A stretch of 64,000 nt of DNA from Flavobacteriales bacterium. Lineage in GTDB: Bacteria > Bacteroidota > Bacteroidia > JACJYZ01. The stretch is from positions 79,937-143,936 of the forward strand of contig JACJYZ010000002.1 in the NCBI GenBank assembly GCA_020635855.1. The letters run 5' to 3'. Shown in pieces: positions 1 to 9,528 of this stretch. Under the pieces are notes generated by a model. The model searched no databases, was not told the DNA's origin, and saw only the letters and a program-made list of their open reading frames with translations. The translations under genes and the position numbers were made by a program. The stretch's first letter is position 1. The number at the start of each line of letters is the position of its first letter.

Positions 1-171
1 TGGATTGTTTCCGTGTTTTGCTATATTTGGAAGGCATGGTTGTTCGTTGATCGTTGATCGTTATTGGTTTTCGTTTTTCGTCATGTTGGCGAAAGGCGGA
101 TTGTCAATGCATGGTGGGCAAGCGACCAGAAACTACAAACCAGAAACTAGAAACTACAAACCCCTATTGTT

Positions 172-1005
172 ATGAAAAAATCGGGCCTGTTGCTGATCGG
201 ATGTTGCCTGGCATATACTGCCGGCTTTGCCCTGAACCCGTCGCGCACCTATAGCGTGACCCCTGATGAATATGGCATCGAATATGAAACGGTGAAAATC
301 CCAACCGACGATAAGCTGACATTGAACGGATGGTGGTTCAAACCGGCTGAGGAATCCACCAAATGTGTCATCGTCAGCGACGACGGCGACGGCAACATGG
401 CGGATAACCTCGAGATCATTTCACAATTCCTGACCCTGGGATACCACGTACTGGCCTATGATTACCGCGGCTACGGAGAAAGCGATGAGTTCGCCATCAA
501 GAATGATTTCTTTACCTACCACCAGTTTTCCAAAGACCTCGACGCCGCCATCGGCTGGGTGAAGAAGTACCACGCCACCCTGTACACGGTTGACCTGTAT
601 GGCATCGGCATCGGCGCCGGACTTTCCATCGGCGTGGGCGCTAACAACACCAAGATCAAACGCATCATCGCTGACGGAACCTACGTGTCTTTCCAGAAGC
701 AAAAGGACAAGGTGAAACAGGTGGAAGGCAAAGACCTGAAGCTGCCCATCGGTTACAACAAGTATGTGATGGAACCCGAATATGCAGTGGCCGAAAAAGG
801 CATCCACCTGCGTGGCATCCTTTACATCGTGGGTGAGAATGACCCGATCGACGGGCCGGATGAACTTAAAGACCTCGTGAAAGCGAAGAAGAAAGAATCG
901 GTGCTGTACGTGGTGCCGGGTGTCACCAATCAGCAAACGTTCACCTCGAACAAAAGCGGATACTTCGACCAGGTGAAGGATTTCCTGGAAAAGTACACGA
1001 AATAG
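172..1005 (+). CDS. alpha/beta hydrolase family lipoprotein (dienelactone-hydrolase/S9-like)
   Basis: 277-aa ORF. N-terminal lipoprotein-type signal MKKSGLLLIGCCLAYT. Alpha/beta hydrolase-like core (HVLAYDYRGYGESDEF). Followed by a terminator. Confidence 0.6.
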   Translation: MKKSGLLLIGCCLAYTAGFALNPSRTYSVTPDEYGIEYETVKIPTDDKLTLNGWWFKPAEESTKCVIVSDDGDGNMADNLEIISQFLTLGYHVLAYDYRGYGESDEFAIKNDFFTYHQFSKDLDAAIGWVKKYHATLYTVDLYGIGIGAGLSIGVGANNTKIKRIIADGTYVSFQKQKDKVKQVEGKDLKLPIGYNKYVMEPEYAVAEKGIHLRGILYIVGENDPIDGPDELKDLVKAKKKESVLYVVPGVTNQQTFTSNKSGYFDQVKDFLEKYTK

Positions 1006-1029
1006 ATCCATGCTGCGTGCATAAGAAAA

Positions 1030-1057
1030 GGAGGTCCTGTTCGACCTCCTTTTTTTG
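1030..1057 (+). terminator. rho-independent terminator
   Basis: GGAGGTC-ctgttc-GACCTCC hairpin followed by a T8 run, directly after the hydrolase stop codon. Confidence 0.6.
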
Positions 1058-1119
1058 TTGACAGGCCTTGTTCACCCACGAAGGTTTTTTGTAACAAAGG
1101 CCCGCCAACCCCTTATCTT

Positions 1120-3126
1120 TTGCTATTTTTACCTTCTTGTATGATCCCGCAATCCACCATCGACCAGATCCTGGAAGCCGCCCGCATTGAAGAGGTGGTG
1201 GGTGATTATGTTTCCCTGAAGAAACGCGGAACCAACCTCATCGGCCTTTGCCCGTTCCACGACGAGAAAACACCCTCATTCAATGTGTCGCCTACCAAAG
1301 GCATTTACAAGTGTTTCGGATGCGGGAAAGCGGGTACCTCCGTGAACTTCCTGATGGACCATGAGCACCTGTCGTTCCCCGAAGCTGTTCGTTTCCTTGG
1401 AAAGAAATACGGCATCGAAGTGGCGGAGGAGGAACAAACCGATGAGCAGAAAGAGGCCGATCGCACCCGCGAGAGCCTGTACATCGTGTCCGGATTCGCA
1501 CAACGCTTCTTCACCGAAACCCTGCATGAGACCGATGAAGGAAAAGCCATCGGGCTGACCTACCTCCGTCAAAGAGGTGTTAGCCCTGACATGATGGAGC
1601 GCTTCCTGATCGGTTTCGCCCCCGACAAGTGGGACGGATTGCTGAAGGCCGCCACTGATCAGGGCTACAACCCCGAGTTTCTGGACCAGACCGGACTTAC
1701 GCTTTCCGGTGAAGACGGCCGGCGACACGATCGCTTCCGGGGGCGTGTGATGTTTCCCATCCGCAACCTCTCCGGCCGCGTGATCGGGTTCGGCGGACGT
1801 ACCCTTCGTACCGATAAGAAAACAGCCAAATACATCAACTCTCCGGAGAGTGAGATCTACCACAAAAGCAATGTACTCTACGGTTTGTTCGAAGCCAGGA
1901 AAGCCATTGTTGATGAAGACAGCTGCTACCTGGTGGAAGGGTACACCGATGTGATTTCCCTGCACCAGGCCGGCGTGGAAAACGTGGTGGCCTCTTCCGG
2001 AACCTCCCTCACCGAAGGACAGATCCGGTTGATCCGTCGCTATACCCCCAACATCGTGATCCTGTACGATGGTGATGCCGCCGGTATCAAAGCGTCGTTC
2101 CGCGGGCTCGACCTCATCCTACAGGAAGGCATGAATGTGAAGGTGGTGCTTTTCCCCGATGGAGAAGACCCCGACTCGTTTTCCAAAAAACATCCCGGTG
2201 ATGAGGTGCGAACCTTCATCCGCGACAACAGCAAAGATTTCATCTCCTTCAAAACAGGCCTCCTCTGGGAAGAAGCCAAAGGCGACCCGATCAAAAAGGC
2301 CGGACTCATCAAAGACATCGTACGCACCATCGCCCTTATCCCCGATGCCATCGTGAGGTCGGTCTACGTGAAAGAGTGTGCTGGCATCCTCGACGTGGAG
2401 GAACAAGCCCTGGTGAGTGAGTTGAACAAACTCCGCCGCGACAAGGGCCGCCAGAAATACAAACGATCGGAAGAGGCACCGTGGCCGGAAGAAGACGAAT
2501 ATACCGAACGTACCCCCGACAACAGGGTGCATTCCCTTGAGCCGCCGGTGCAGGATACCGGCATGTACCAGGAGCGTGAACTGATCCGTTTGCTGCTTCA
2601 ATACGGTGGTAACGAGATCCTGATAGAGAAGTCAACCGAGGAAGAACAACCGGCCGACAACAAGCCGGAAATGGTGCCGATGACGGTAGCCAATTTCATG
2701 ATCGGTGAGTTGCAGGCCGATGGCATCAGCCTGCGCCATGAAGGGTATGGCAGGATATTTGACGAGATCTGTCGCCTTGTATCCGATGGTGAGGTCCCGG
2801 ATGAGAAGCAGTTTTTCCGCCACGCGGATCCGACTGTTTCTGCCACCGCCATAGACCTGCTGAGCTCCCGGTATGTACTGAGCGAAAACTGGGAGAAACG
2901 GGGCATCAATGTGGAAACCGAAGAAATGGTGTTGAAGAAATCGGTGTACAAGGTCATATACAGCCTGAAACAAAACCATGTGATGGACATGATCCACCAG
3001 AACCAGGAGAAACTGAAACAGGATTTGTCCGATGCCGAACTGGCCGAAGTAATGTCCATGCAAAACCTGCTCAACCTGGCGAAGGTGCAGATCGCCTCCC
3101 AACTGGAAAGGGTGATCCTGAAGTAA
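1120..3126 (+). CDS. dnaG: DNA primase DnaG
   Basis: CHC2 zinc finger (CPFHDEKTPSF...CFGCGKAG). Toprim motif (EGYTDVISLHQAG...LYDGDAAG). 668 aa. Confidence 0.93.
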   Translation: MLFLPSCMIPQSTIDQILEAARIEEVVGDYVSLKKRGTNLIGLCPFHDEKTPSFNVSPTKGIYKCFGCGKAGTSVNFLMDHEHLSFPEAVRFLGKKYGIEVAEEEQTDEQKEADRTRESLYIVSGFAQRFFTETLHETDEGKAIGLTYLRQRGVSPDMMERFLIGFAPDKWDGLLKAATDQGYNPEFLDQTGLTLSGEDGRRHDRFRGRVMFPIRNLSGRVIGFGGRTLRTDKKTAKYINSPESEIYHKSNVLYGLFEARKAIVDEDSCYLVEGYTDVISLHQAGVENVVASSGTSLTEGQIRLIRRYTPNIVILYDGDAAGIKASFRGLDLILQEGMNVKVVLFPDGEDPDSFSKKHPGDEVRTFIRDNSKDFISFKTGLLWEEAKGDPIKKAGLIKDIVRTIALIPDAIVRSVYVKECAGILDVEEQALVSELNKLRRDKGRQKYKRSEEAPWPEEDEYTERTPDNRVHSLEPPVQDTGMYQERELIRLLLQYGGNEILIEKSTEEEQPADNKPEMVPMTVANFMIGELQADGISLRHEGYGRIFDEICRLVSDGEVPDEKQFFRHADPTVSATAIDLLSSRYVLSENWEKRGINVETEEMVLKKSVYKVIYSLKQNHVMDMIHQNQEKLKQDLSDAELAEVMSMQNLLNLAKVQIASQLERVILK

Positions 3127-3135
3127 CGTGATGTC

Positions 3136-5013
3136 ATGCGCTTCCACTTGTCTTTACATCCCTCAAAGTTTATGACCCGCACCCGGTTGCTGGTTGCTGT
3201 GATGGCTTTGTGTCTGGCCTCAGCGGTACATGCACAGACCGATTCCACCCGCATCGAACAAAACGTAGGGTATACCACGGAAGCGCTCTACGCAGCCTAT
3301 CCCGATAGCATGGTCAGGCCCGATACAACCCTCGGTTCTTTTCAAAGGTATGATCCCTTGTATCACAGTGGTTCTTTCTACGGTCACCTCGGCCAGGTGG
3401 GCAGTCCGGTGTACAATTTGATGTTCCGGCCTTACAATGGAGTGACGTTCCTTTTGAGGGAAGATCCGTATGCTCCTTATCTCTTTACCGCCGATCGTGT
3501 GCGGTACCACCGGTTGGTGTCTCCCTATACCGATCTGTTTTATGTGCAGGGTTCCAAGCAGGAACAGGTATTGGAGGTGGTTCACAGCCAGCAGGTCATG
3601 CCCACCCTTAACATGGCGGTGCGGTTCCGGCGGATCAATGTGCCCGGCTTCTACAGCCGCCAGCAGGCCGGCCATTCATCCTTCGCTTTCAGCACATGGT
3701 ACCGCGCCCGGTCGGGCAAATACTCCGCTTTCGGAGCAGCGGTGATCAACAAGGTGGTGCATCTTGAGAATGGTGGACTCACATCCGATACCATCTTCGA
3801 ACAAAACCTGAATGCCAGTCGCAATGCCTACCCTGTGAACCTCGCCAGCGCAGGCAGCGGTGAACGGCACAACGGATTTCGGATCAAACAGGTGGTGCAC
3901 TTCAAGGGAACCCCGGACTCGGTTCGTGCGGAGAACACCTGTTGCAGGTCGGATGTCTTTCATGCGTTTTCCTTTGACAAGTCTTCTTTCTGGTATTATG
4001 ATGATGCACCCGCGTCCGGATATTACAACCAGGTCTTCCTTGATTCCACCCGAACCATGGATTCGGTACACGTGGAACACATGCGCAATGAATTGGGATG
4101 GGAGGTGGGCCAGGCCATGGCATTCCGTGCCACATTCAGTCATGATCAGCATACACTCCGCGGACCCTGCGGGGATACTACCCTGACAGACCTCGCCCTT
4201 CACGCACATGCGGCATGGCAGCCCGGGAAAAGCCGCGCGGAAGCATCGCTCTCTTACGGCCTTGACGGATACAATTCCGATGCCCTGCAGTTCGCCGCTT
4301 CCTTCCTGACACCCCTGAAAGGAAAATACAGCCTCCGGGTGTGGGCCGACGCCGGCCAACACCGACCTTCCTGGATGATGATACAGTATGCAGGCAACCA
4401 CCAACAATGGAGGCATGTGCGGGTTGATTACAACATGGAACAACAACAGGGAGCAGGCATGCAATTCATCGGTGCACCGGGCGATACGTTGGGTATGCGC
4501 ATACGGCAGGTGAACGGTTACCTGTATTATGATGCGTTTGCCATGCCTTCGCAATTGACGTCGGGTGTGACGGTGTGGGAAGCAGCTTTGCAGAAGAAAG
4601 TGAACTGGCGCAACATCAATCTGGAAGCGCAAGGTGTTTTCCAGAAGGAGGTGGGTACCGATGTGCTGCACCTCCCACAGTTTCTGCTGCGGTCATCCAT
4701 CTATTATGAAAACTGGTTGTTCTCAAAAGCGCTGCTTGCCCGTATCGGCGTGGATGTAACCTACCACAGCGGATTTTATGGTCGTGCCTGGATGCCGGCA
4801 ACCGGGCAGTTTTACCTGCAATGGGAACGCGAAGTGGGCGACTATCCCTACGCCGATGTGTTCATCGACCTCCGCATCAAACGGGTGAGGGCGTTTGTGA
4901 TGATGCAACACATCAATGAAGGCATGCTGCCTTACACGTATTACCTGACACCTCATCATCCGATGGCAGACCGGGCCTTCAAGCTCGGACTCAACTGGCG
5001 TTTCTTCGATTGA
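3136..5013 (+). CDS. putative outer-membrane beta-barrel protein (Bacteroidetes 'putative porin' family)
   Basis: Signal peptide (likely start at 3172, MTRTRLLVAVMALCLASAVHAQ). Aromatic-rich sequence with alternating hydrophobic pattern. C-terminal ...NWRFFD typical of beta-barrel OMPs. Confidence 0.5.
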   Translation: MRFHLSLHPSKFMTRTRLLVAVMALCLASAVHAQTDSTRIEQNVGYTTEALYAAYPDSMVRPDTTLGSFQRYDPLYHSGSFYGHLGQVGSPVYNLMFRPYNGVTFLLREDPYAPYLFTADRVRYHRLVSPYTDLFYVQGSKQEQVLEVVHSQQVMPTLNMAVRFRRINVPGFYSRQQAGHSSFAFSTWYRARSGKYSAFGAAVINKVVHLENGGLTSDTIFEQNLNASRNAYPVNLASAGSGERHNGFRIKQVVHFKGTPDSVRAENTCCRSDVFHAFSFDKSSFWYYDDAPASGYYNQVFLDSTRTMDSVHVEHMRNELGWEVGQAMAFRATFSHDQHTLRGPCGDTTLTDLALHAHAAWQPGKSRAEASLSYGLDGYNSDALQFAASFLTPLKGKYSLRVWADAGQHRPSWMMIQYAGNHQQWRHVRVDYNMEQQQGAGMQFIGAPGDTLGMRIRQVNGYLYYDAFAMPSQLTSGVTVWEAALQKKVNWRNINLEAQGVFQKEVGTDVLHLPQFLLRSSIYYENWLFSKALLARIGVDVTYHSGFYGRAWMPATGQFYLQWEREVGDYPYADVFIDLRIKRVRAFVMMQHINEGMLPYTYYLTPHHPMADRAFKLGLNWRFFD

Positions 5014-5023
5014 TATCCGGCCC

Positions 5024-5671
5024 ATGCTTGTATACTTCATCAGCGGATTGGGTGCCGATCACAGGGTGTTCAAAAACCTGGAACTTCCAGGCATTGAAAT
5101 GAAATTCCTTCCGTGGCTGATCCCGGAAAAAGATGAAAGCCTGCACGACTATGCATCACGCATGATCCGTGGTATTGATACATCCGAACCCGTGCGGATC
5201 GTGGGCGTGTCTTTCGGCGGTATCATGGCACAAACCATCGCAAGCATGATCACTTGCCGGCAGATCGTGCTTATATCCAGTGTGCGGTCGCCGGAGGCGT
5301 ATCATAAGTTTGTGAAATGGGTGAGCAAGGTGAGGTTGGACAAGGTTTTTCCAATGGCGGGATTGCAACATTTCCCAAGAAAGGGGATGGACTATTACTT
5401 CGGACTGGAAACGCGGGAAGACTCCGACCTGCTGCGCGACATGATCGGGCATGCCGACAAATACCTCCTGCGATGGTCGGTGGAACAGGTGCTGCAATGG
5501 ACACCGCCGAAGCTGTCGGTGCGTGTATCACACATCCACGGCACGGAAGACCGCATCTTCCCGGTGCAGTATGTGAAAGACGCGACGTTGATCCCCGGCG
5601 GTGGTCATTTCATGGTGCTGAACAAAAGCAGGGAAGTGGAGGAAGCGTTGGAATTATTAATTAGGGATTAG
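5024..5671 (+). CDS. alpha/beta hydrolase
   Basis: GVSFGG nucleophile-elbow motif. 215 aa. Confidence 0.6.
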   Translation: MLVYFISGLGADHRVFKNLELPGIEMKFLPWLIPEKDESLHDYASRMIRGIDTSEPVRIVGVSFGGIMAQTIASMITCRQIVLISSVRSPEAYHKFVKWVSKVRLDKVFPMAGLQHFPRKGMDYYFGLETREDSDLLRDMIGHADKYLLRWSVEQVLQWTPPKLSVRVSHIHGTEDRIFPVQYVKDATLIPGGGHFMVLNKSREVEEALELLIRD

Positions 5672-5784
5672 GAATGGGGGGAAAATTTCGTGGCAAGTTT
5701 CCCACCTCCGCCAAGGCTACGGCGGGCAGGCAAGTTTAGGTTATTAACCGGAATGCCTTGCAAAAAACGAACATCGAAAAACGG

Positions 5785-6081
5785 TCAACGGATGCTAATC
5801 AAGTGATTCTTTTGATGCACGCATATCAAGGATCTGTATCTGACCTTTGAGGGGTTTGATTCGATAGGTGATGATGGTGTATCGGTTGAGGGGCCTCTTC
5901 TTATTTTCTTTTTCTTTGAAACCGGGAGTAGTTCAGGGTATGTCCTGAGTGTTTTGAAGAAGCCATGAATATCCTTATGGAAGGCATCCAACTCTTTCCC
6001 GGTCCAGTTGGATTCAAGGTATTCCAATATGCGGTTGTAACCTTTGGCAGCCTGAGGGGTCCAAACAATTTCTAACGCCAT
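5785..6081 (-). pseudogene. RelE/ParE-family type II toxin, -1 frameshifted in a C4 tract (about 5890-5893)
   Basis: N-terminal 60 aa is RelE/ParE-like (MALEIVWTPQAAKGY...KKIRRGP). The annotated frame then becomes a Ser/Pro-rich tail. The -1 frame instead gives the canonical LNRYTIITYRIKPLKGQIQILDMRASKESLD* ending at 5795. Confidence 0.6.
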
Positions 6082-6311
6082 TTGCGCGGGTTGCCCATCA
6101 CTTCCTCGTGTGTAATCAGTTTGTTCTGGTTGGCTTCCCTTATTCCTGCTTCAATATCAGATCGTTCTTCATCACTGAGTCTGTCCCACCAATCTGATTC
6201 GGTTACTTTTTTGCGGTAGTTCAAAAGGCTTTTGAATACTTCGATAAGGGCAGGGTCTTTCACCTTGTCCAATTCCGTTTTGATCCACTTGATTTCCGCT
6301 TGAAGGTTCAT
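6072..6311 (-). CDS. type II antitoxin (Bacteroidetes addiction-module antitoxin partner of RelE/ParE)
   Basis: 79-aa acidic helical protein immediately upstream of the toxin and overlapping it by 10 nt. Typical TA operon layout. Low GC relative to flanks. Confidence 0.55.
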   Translation of the reverse strand: MNLQAEIKWIKTELDKVKDPALIEVFKSLLNYRKKVTESDWWDRLSDEERSDIEAGIREANQNKLITHEEVMGNPRKWR

Positions 6312-6386
6312 CTCTTCAGGTTGCTCATGCTTGCTTTACCACCCAAATTACGGCATTTTCCAGGTAATTGTTGCAAAAGGTCCTTC

Positions 6387-7697
6387 TCACGTCTTCTGCT
6401 TCTTCTTCTTTGCTGCCGGAAACAAAATGTTGTTCAGGATCAGCCGGTATCCGGGTGAGTTCGGATGCAGGCTGAGGTCGGTCGGCGGGTCGCCCACCAG
6501 GTGGCGGTAGTCTTCCGGGTCGTGTCCGCCATAGAAGGTCCATGTGCCTTTGCCGTATTCCCCGTGGATGTATCTCACTTCATTGGCCGCTTTGGTTTCA
6601 CCCATCACCAGCACCGTGGGTTTTACATATTGTTTGCGGAATGCAGTGGTTTGCCCCATGAAGCCCTTGATCACCATTTCGTGGTTCTGGCACAACATGG
6701 TGGGTACAGGGTCCCACTTCGCAGAGAACTCGAACAGGGTGAAGTAGTCGAGGTTTTCGTTGATCACGCGGGGCGGGGGGTAGTTCGGACTGTTATCGAT
6801 ATTGGAGAACTCGTACTGATAAGGATCGGTGGAGAGCTGGAAATTGGTGAATGCAAAACATTTGCTGTAATCCAGTTTGCTGTTCATCTGCGGGTCGGCG
6901 GCATCTCCGTCGAACATGCTTTCGCAGATGTCAACCCCTTCCGCTGCCAGGGCGATGTCATACGAATCGGTGGCGGAGCACATGGCAAACAGGAAGCCAC
7001 CACCGGCGGTGAAGTCGCGGATGTGTTTGGCCACCGCCAGCTTCAGTTCCGACACTTTGGAGAATCCCAGCTGGTGGGCCATCGCTTCGGTTTCCCGTAC
7101 CTGTTCCTGGTACCAGGCGTATTGGGCATAGGCGCGGTAAAACCTTCCGTACTGTCCGGTGAAGTCTTCGTGGTGGAGGTGCAGCCAGTCGTACAGTGGA
7201 AGTTTTCCTTCAATGATCTCTTCATCGTACACCACATCATAGGGGATCTCGGCGTAGGTCAGCACCAGGGTCACGGCATCATCCCAAGGTTGTTTGTTCT
7301 TGGGTGAGTACACGGCGATCTTCGGGGCCTTCTCCAGCTTCATCACATCCATGTTCACTTCCGGGTCGGCGATTTCGTTGAGGATCTGGGTCACCTGTAC
7401 GTCGGCAAGGATTTCATAGGAAACACCGCGGATGACGCATTCGTTCTCGATGGCGCTGTTGCGCTCGCACAGGAAACTTCCGCCGCGGTAGTTCAGCAGC
7501 CACTTGACTTCGATGTTGTGCTGCAGTACCCAGTAAGCGATGCCGTAAGCTTTGAGGTGGTTCTTCTGGCCGTCTTTGTCCATCGGGATCAGGATGGACG
7601 CTGCCTGCAGTCCAAATGAAATGAACAGGCAGGCCGTGAGCAGGATGAATGGAAGCGAACGTTTAGAACGGCTGGTTCTCGTCGTCTTCAATGTCAT
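6387..7697 (-). CDS. conserved exported hypothetical protein (family often mis-annotated 'asparagine synthetase B-like' in Bacteroidetes)
   Basis: Likely start at 7697 (MTLKTTRTSRSKRSLPFILLTACLFISFGLQAAS signal peptide), overlapping the dnaB 3' end by about 35 nt. The ORF as listed extends to 7907 only through an in-frame read-through of the dnaB tail. About 437 aa. Confidence 0.45.
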   Translation of the reverse strand: MTLKTTRTSRSKRSLPFILLTACLFISFGLQAASILIPMDKDGQKNHLKAYGIAYWVLQHNIEVKWLLNYRGGSFLCERNSAIENECVIRGVSYEILADVQVTQILNEIADPEVNMDVMKLEKAPKIAVYSPKNKQPWDDAVTLVLTYAEIPYDVVYDEEIIEGKLPLYDWLHLHHEDFTGQYGRFYRAYAQYAWYQEQVRETEAMAHQLGFSKVSELKLAVAKHIRDFTAGGGFLFAMCSATDSYDIALAAEGVDICESMFDGDAADPQMNSKLDYSKCFAFTNFQLSTDPYQYEFSNIDNSPNYPPPRVINENLDYFTLFEFSAKWDPVPTMLCQNHEMVIKGFMGQTTAFRKQYVKPTVLVMGETKAANEVRYIHGEYGKGTWTFYGGHDPEDYRHLVGDPPTDLSLHPNSPGYRLILNNILFPAAKKKKQKT

Positions 7698-9186
7698 CCA
7701 TGCGTGATGACCGTGTGATGGTATTGGGTCCTTCCTCATGCGAATGGAAGGGAGCATCGAAATCATTCGTCTCCCAATCTTCAAATTTAGCCAACTTATC
7801 AATAAAACGCAGGGGAACGTCAACAAGTGCGCCGTTACGGTGTTTTGCGATGATGATCTCCGCCAGTCCGCGTGTGGGGTTGTTGTTTTCATCCACGTCC
7901 AGTCCATAGTACTCGGGGCGGTAGATGAACATCACCATGTCGGCGTCTTGTTCGATGGCACCCGATTCACGAAGGTCGGACAGTTGCGGACGTTTGCTAC
8001 CGCCGCGGTTTTCAACGGCGCGACTGAGCTGTGACAGTGCGATCACCGGCACATTCAGTTCCTTGGCGATGCTCTTGAGTGAGCGGGATATGGTGCTGAT
8101 CTCCTGTTCGCGGTTGCCTTTGCTGTCGCCGCCGGCGGTCATCAGCTGCAGGTAATCCACGATGATCAGTTCGATGTTGTTCTGTTGTTTCAGTCGACGT
8201 GCCTTTGCGCGCAATTCGAAAACGGAAAGAGCGGGTGTATCGTCGATGAAGAGCGGGGCTTCTGCCAGGCGGGTGATCTTGGCATTCAGCTGTTGCCACT
8301 CGTGGTCTTCCAGGTTGCCTTTCTTCAGCTTTTCAGCTGAGAGTTGGGCTTCCGCCGCGATGAGACGATTGACCAATTGAAGCGACGACATTTCCAGGGA
8401 GAAGATGGCGACAGGCTTATTGAACTGAACCGCGGCATTGCGGGCGATGGACAACACGAATGCCGTTTTACCCATACCGGGGCGGGCAGCGATGATATCG
8501 AGGTCTGAGCGTTGCCAGCCGGAAGTCACGCTGTCGAGTTTGGAGAACCCGGTGGGTACGCCCGTGAGTCCGTCGGTGTGGTTGCGTGCGGCTTCGATCT
8601 CGCGGATGGCCTGGCTCAGCAGGGTAGACATGCGGTCGTAGTTCTTGCGCACGTTTTGTTCGGTGATATTGAACAGGTTCTCGCCGGCTTTGTCGAGCAG
8701 GTCGAAGGCATCGTTGGTTTCCTCGAAACCGTCGCGGATCATTTCCGAACCCAGCGAGATTAATTGACGCTGGATGTATTTCTGCAGGATGATACGGGCG
8801 TGGAATTCCACGTTGGCTGCGGAGGCCACGCGGTTGGTCAGCTGGGAAATGTAATAAGGTCCGCCGGCCACGTCGAGGTTGCCGGATTTTTTCAGTTCGT
8901 TGGTTACCGTGAGGATGTCGATGGCTTCCGCTTTGCTGAACAGTTGCTGGATGGCTTCGAAGATCATCCTGTTCGCATCCTTGTAGAAACACTCCGGCTG
9001 CAGGATGTCGATCACCGCACTCAACGCATCCTTCTCCAGCATCAGGGCGCCCAGCAGGGCTTCCTCCAACTCAACCGCCTGCGGCGGAACCTTCCCGTGC
9101 TCCGACGCAATCGTGGAGATGGCGGCAAGTCCGTTACGCCGTTTCGCGGCTCTGTCTGTGATCTTCAAATTTTCCATGGCCCCCAA
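7663..9186 (-). CDS. dnaB: replicative DNA helicase DnaB
   Basis: Walker A (GMGKTAF). DnaB N-terminal domain and RecA-like C-terminal domain. 507 aa. No intein. Confidence 0.93.
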   Translation of the reverse strand: MGAMENLKITDRAAKRRNGLAAISTIASEHGKVPPQAVELEEALLGALMLEKDALSAVIDILQPECFYKDANRMIFEAIQQLFSKAEAIDILTVTNELKKSGNLDVAGGPYYISQLTNRVASAANVEFHARIILQKYIQRQLISLGSEMIRDGFEETNDAFDLLDKAGENLFNITEQNVRKNYDRMSTLLSQAIREIEAARNHTDGLTGVPTGFSKLDSVTSGWQRSDLDIIAARPGMGKTAFVLSIARNAAVQFNKPVAIFSLEMSSLQLVNRLIAAEAQLSAEKLKKGNLEDHEWQQLNAKITRLAEAPLFIDDTPALSVFELRAKARRLKQQNNIELIIVDYLQLMTAGGDSKGNREQEISTISRSLKSIAKELNVPVIALSQLSRAVENRGGSKRPQLSDLRESGAIEQDADMVMFIYRPEYYGLDVDENNNPTRGLAEIIIAKHRNGALVDVPLRFIDKLAKFEDWETNDFDAPFHSHEEGPNTITRSSRMDDIEDDENQPF

Positions 9187-9369
9187 AGGTAGAAAAAGAA
9201 TGACCCCTCCATCGGGTGAGATTTTAACATTCGGTTAACCTGCTTTGTAAACAATTGTTCATAAGTAGACGCATAAAATCGAATGTCAATTGCACCGACT
9301 ATAAATATAGTTTATAACCAGCAATCCATGTTGCAAACCAGGATGATATTTGAATGGTAACCGGGTATT

Positions 9370-9425
9370 TTGCCACAAAGGCACGAAGACACAAAGTATC
9401 TCACAGACAAATTCGTCTTTGTGGC
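9370..9425. repeat. REP-like imperfect palindromic element (GCCACAAAG...CTTTGTGGC family), copy 1
   Basis: ttGCCACAAAGgcacgaagaCACAAAG...cgTCTTTGTGGCat. Related copy at 27745-27850. Followed by a small AAGGGC/GCCCT hairpin with a T-run. Confidence 0.55.
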
Positions 9426-9528
9426 ATTTTATTCCTAAGGGCTTTGCCCTCTTTTTAACTCCACCTTCACAGAGATTAGATTCTTTATTAAATTGAACGC
9501 TGAGATGGTAGTTATGACAACGATTTCC

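Noticed and set aside
421-1011. 196-aa antisense ORF inside the hydrolase gene, and similar long antisense ORFs in dnaG (1276-1965, 2598-3278), dnaB, accA (10886-11429) and the MORN gene (21351-22217, 22446-23075)
   Set aside because: Each is fully contained within and opposite a well-supported gene. Translations lack motifs. These are typical artefacts of about 57% GC DNA.
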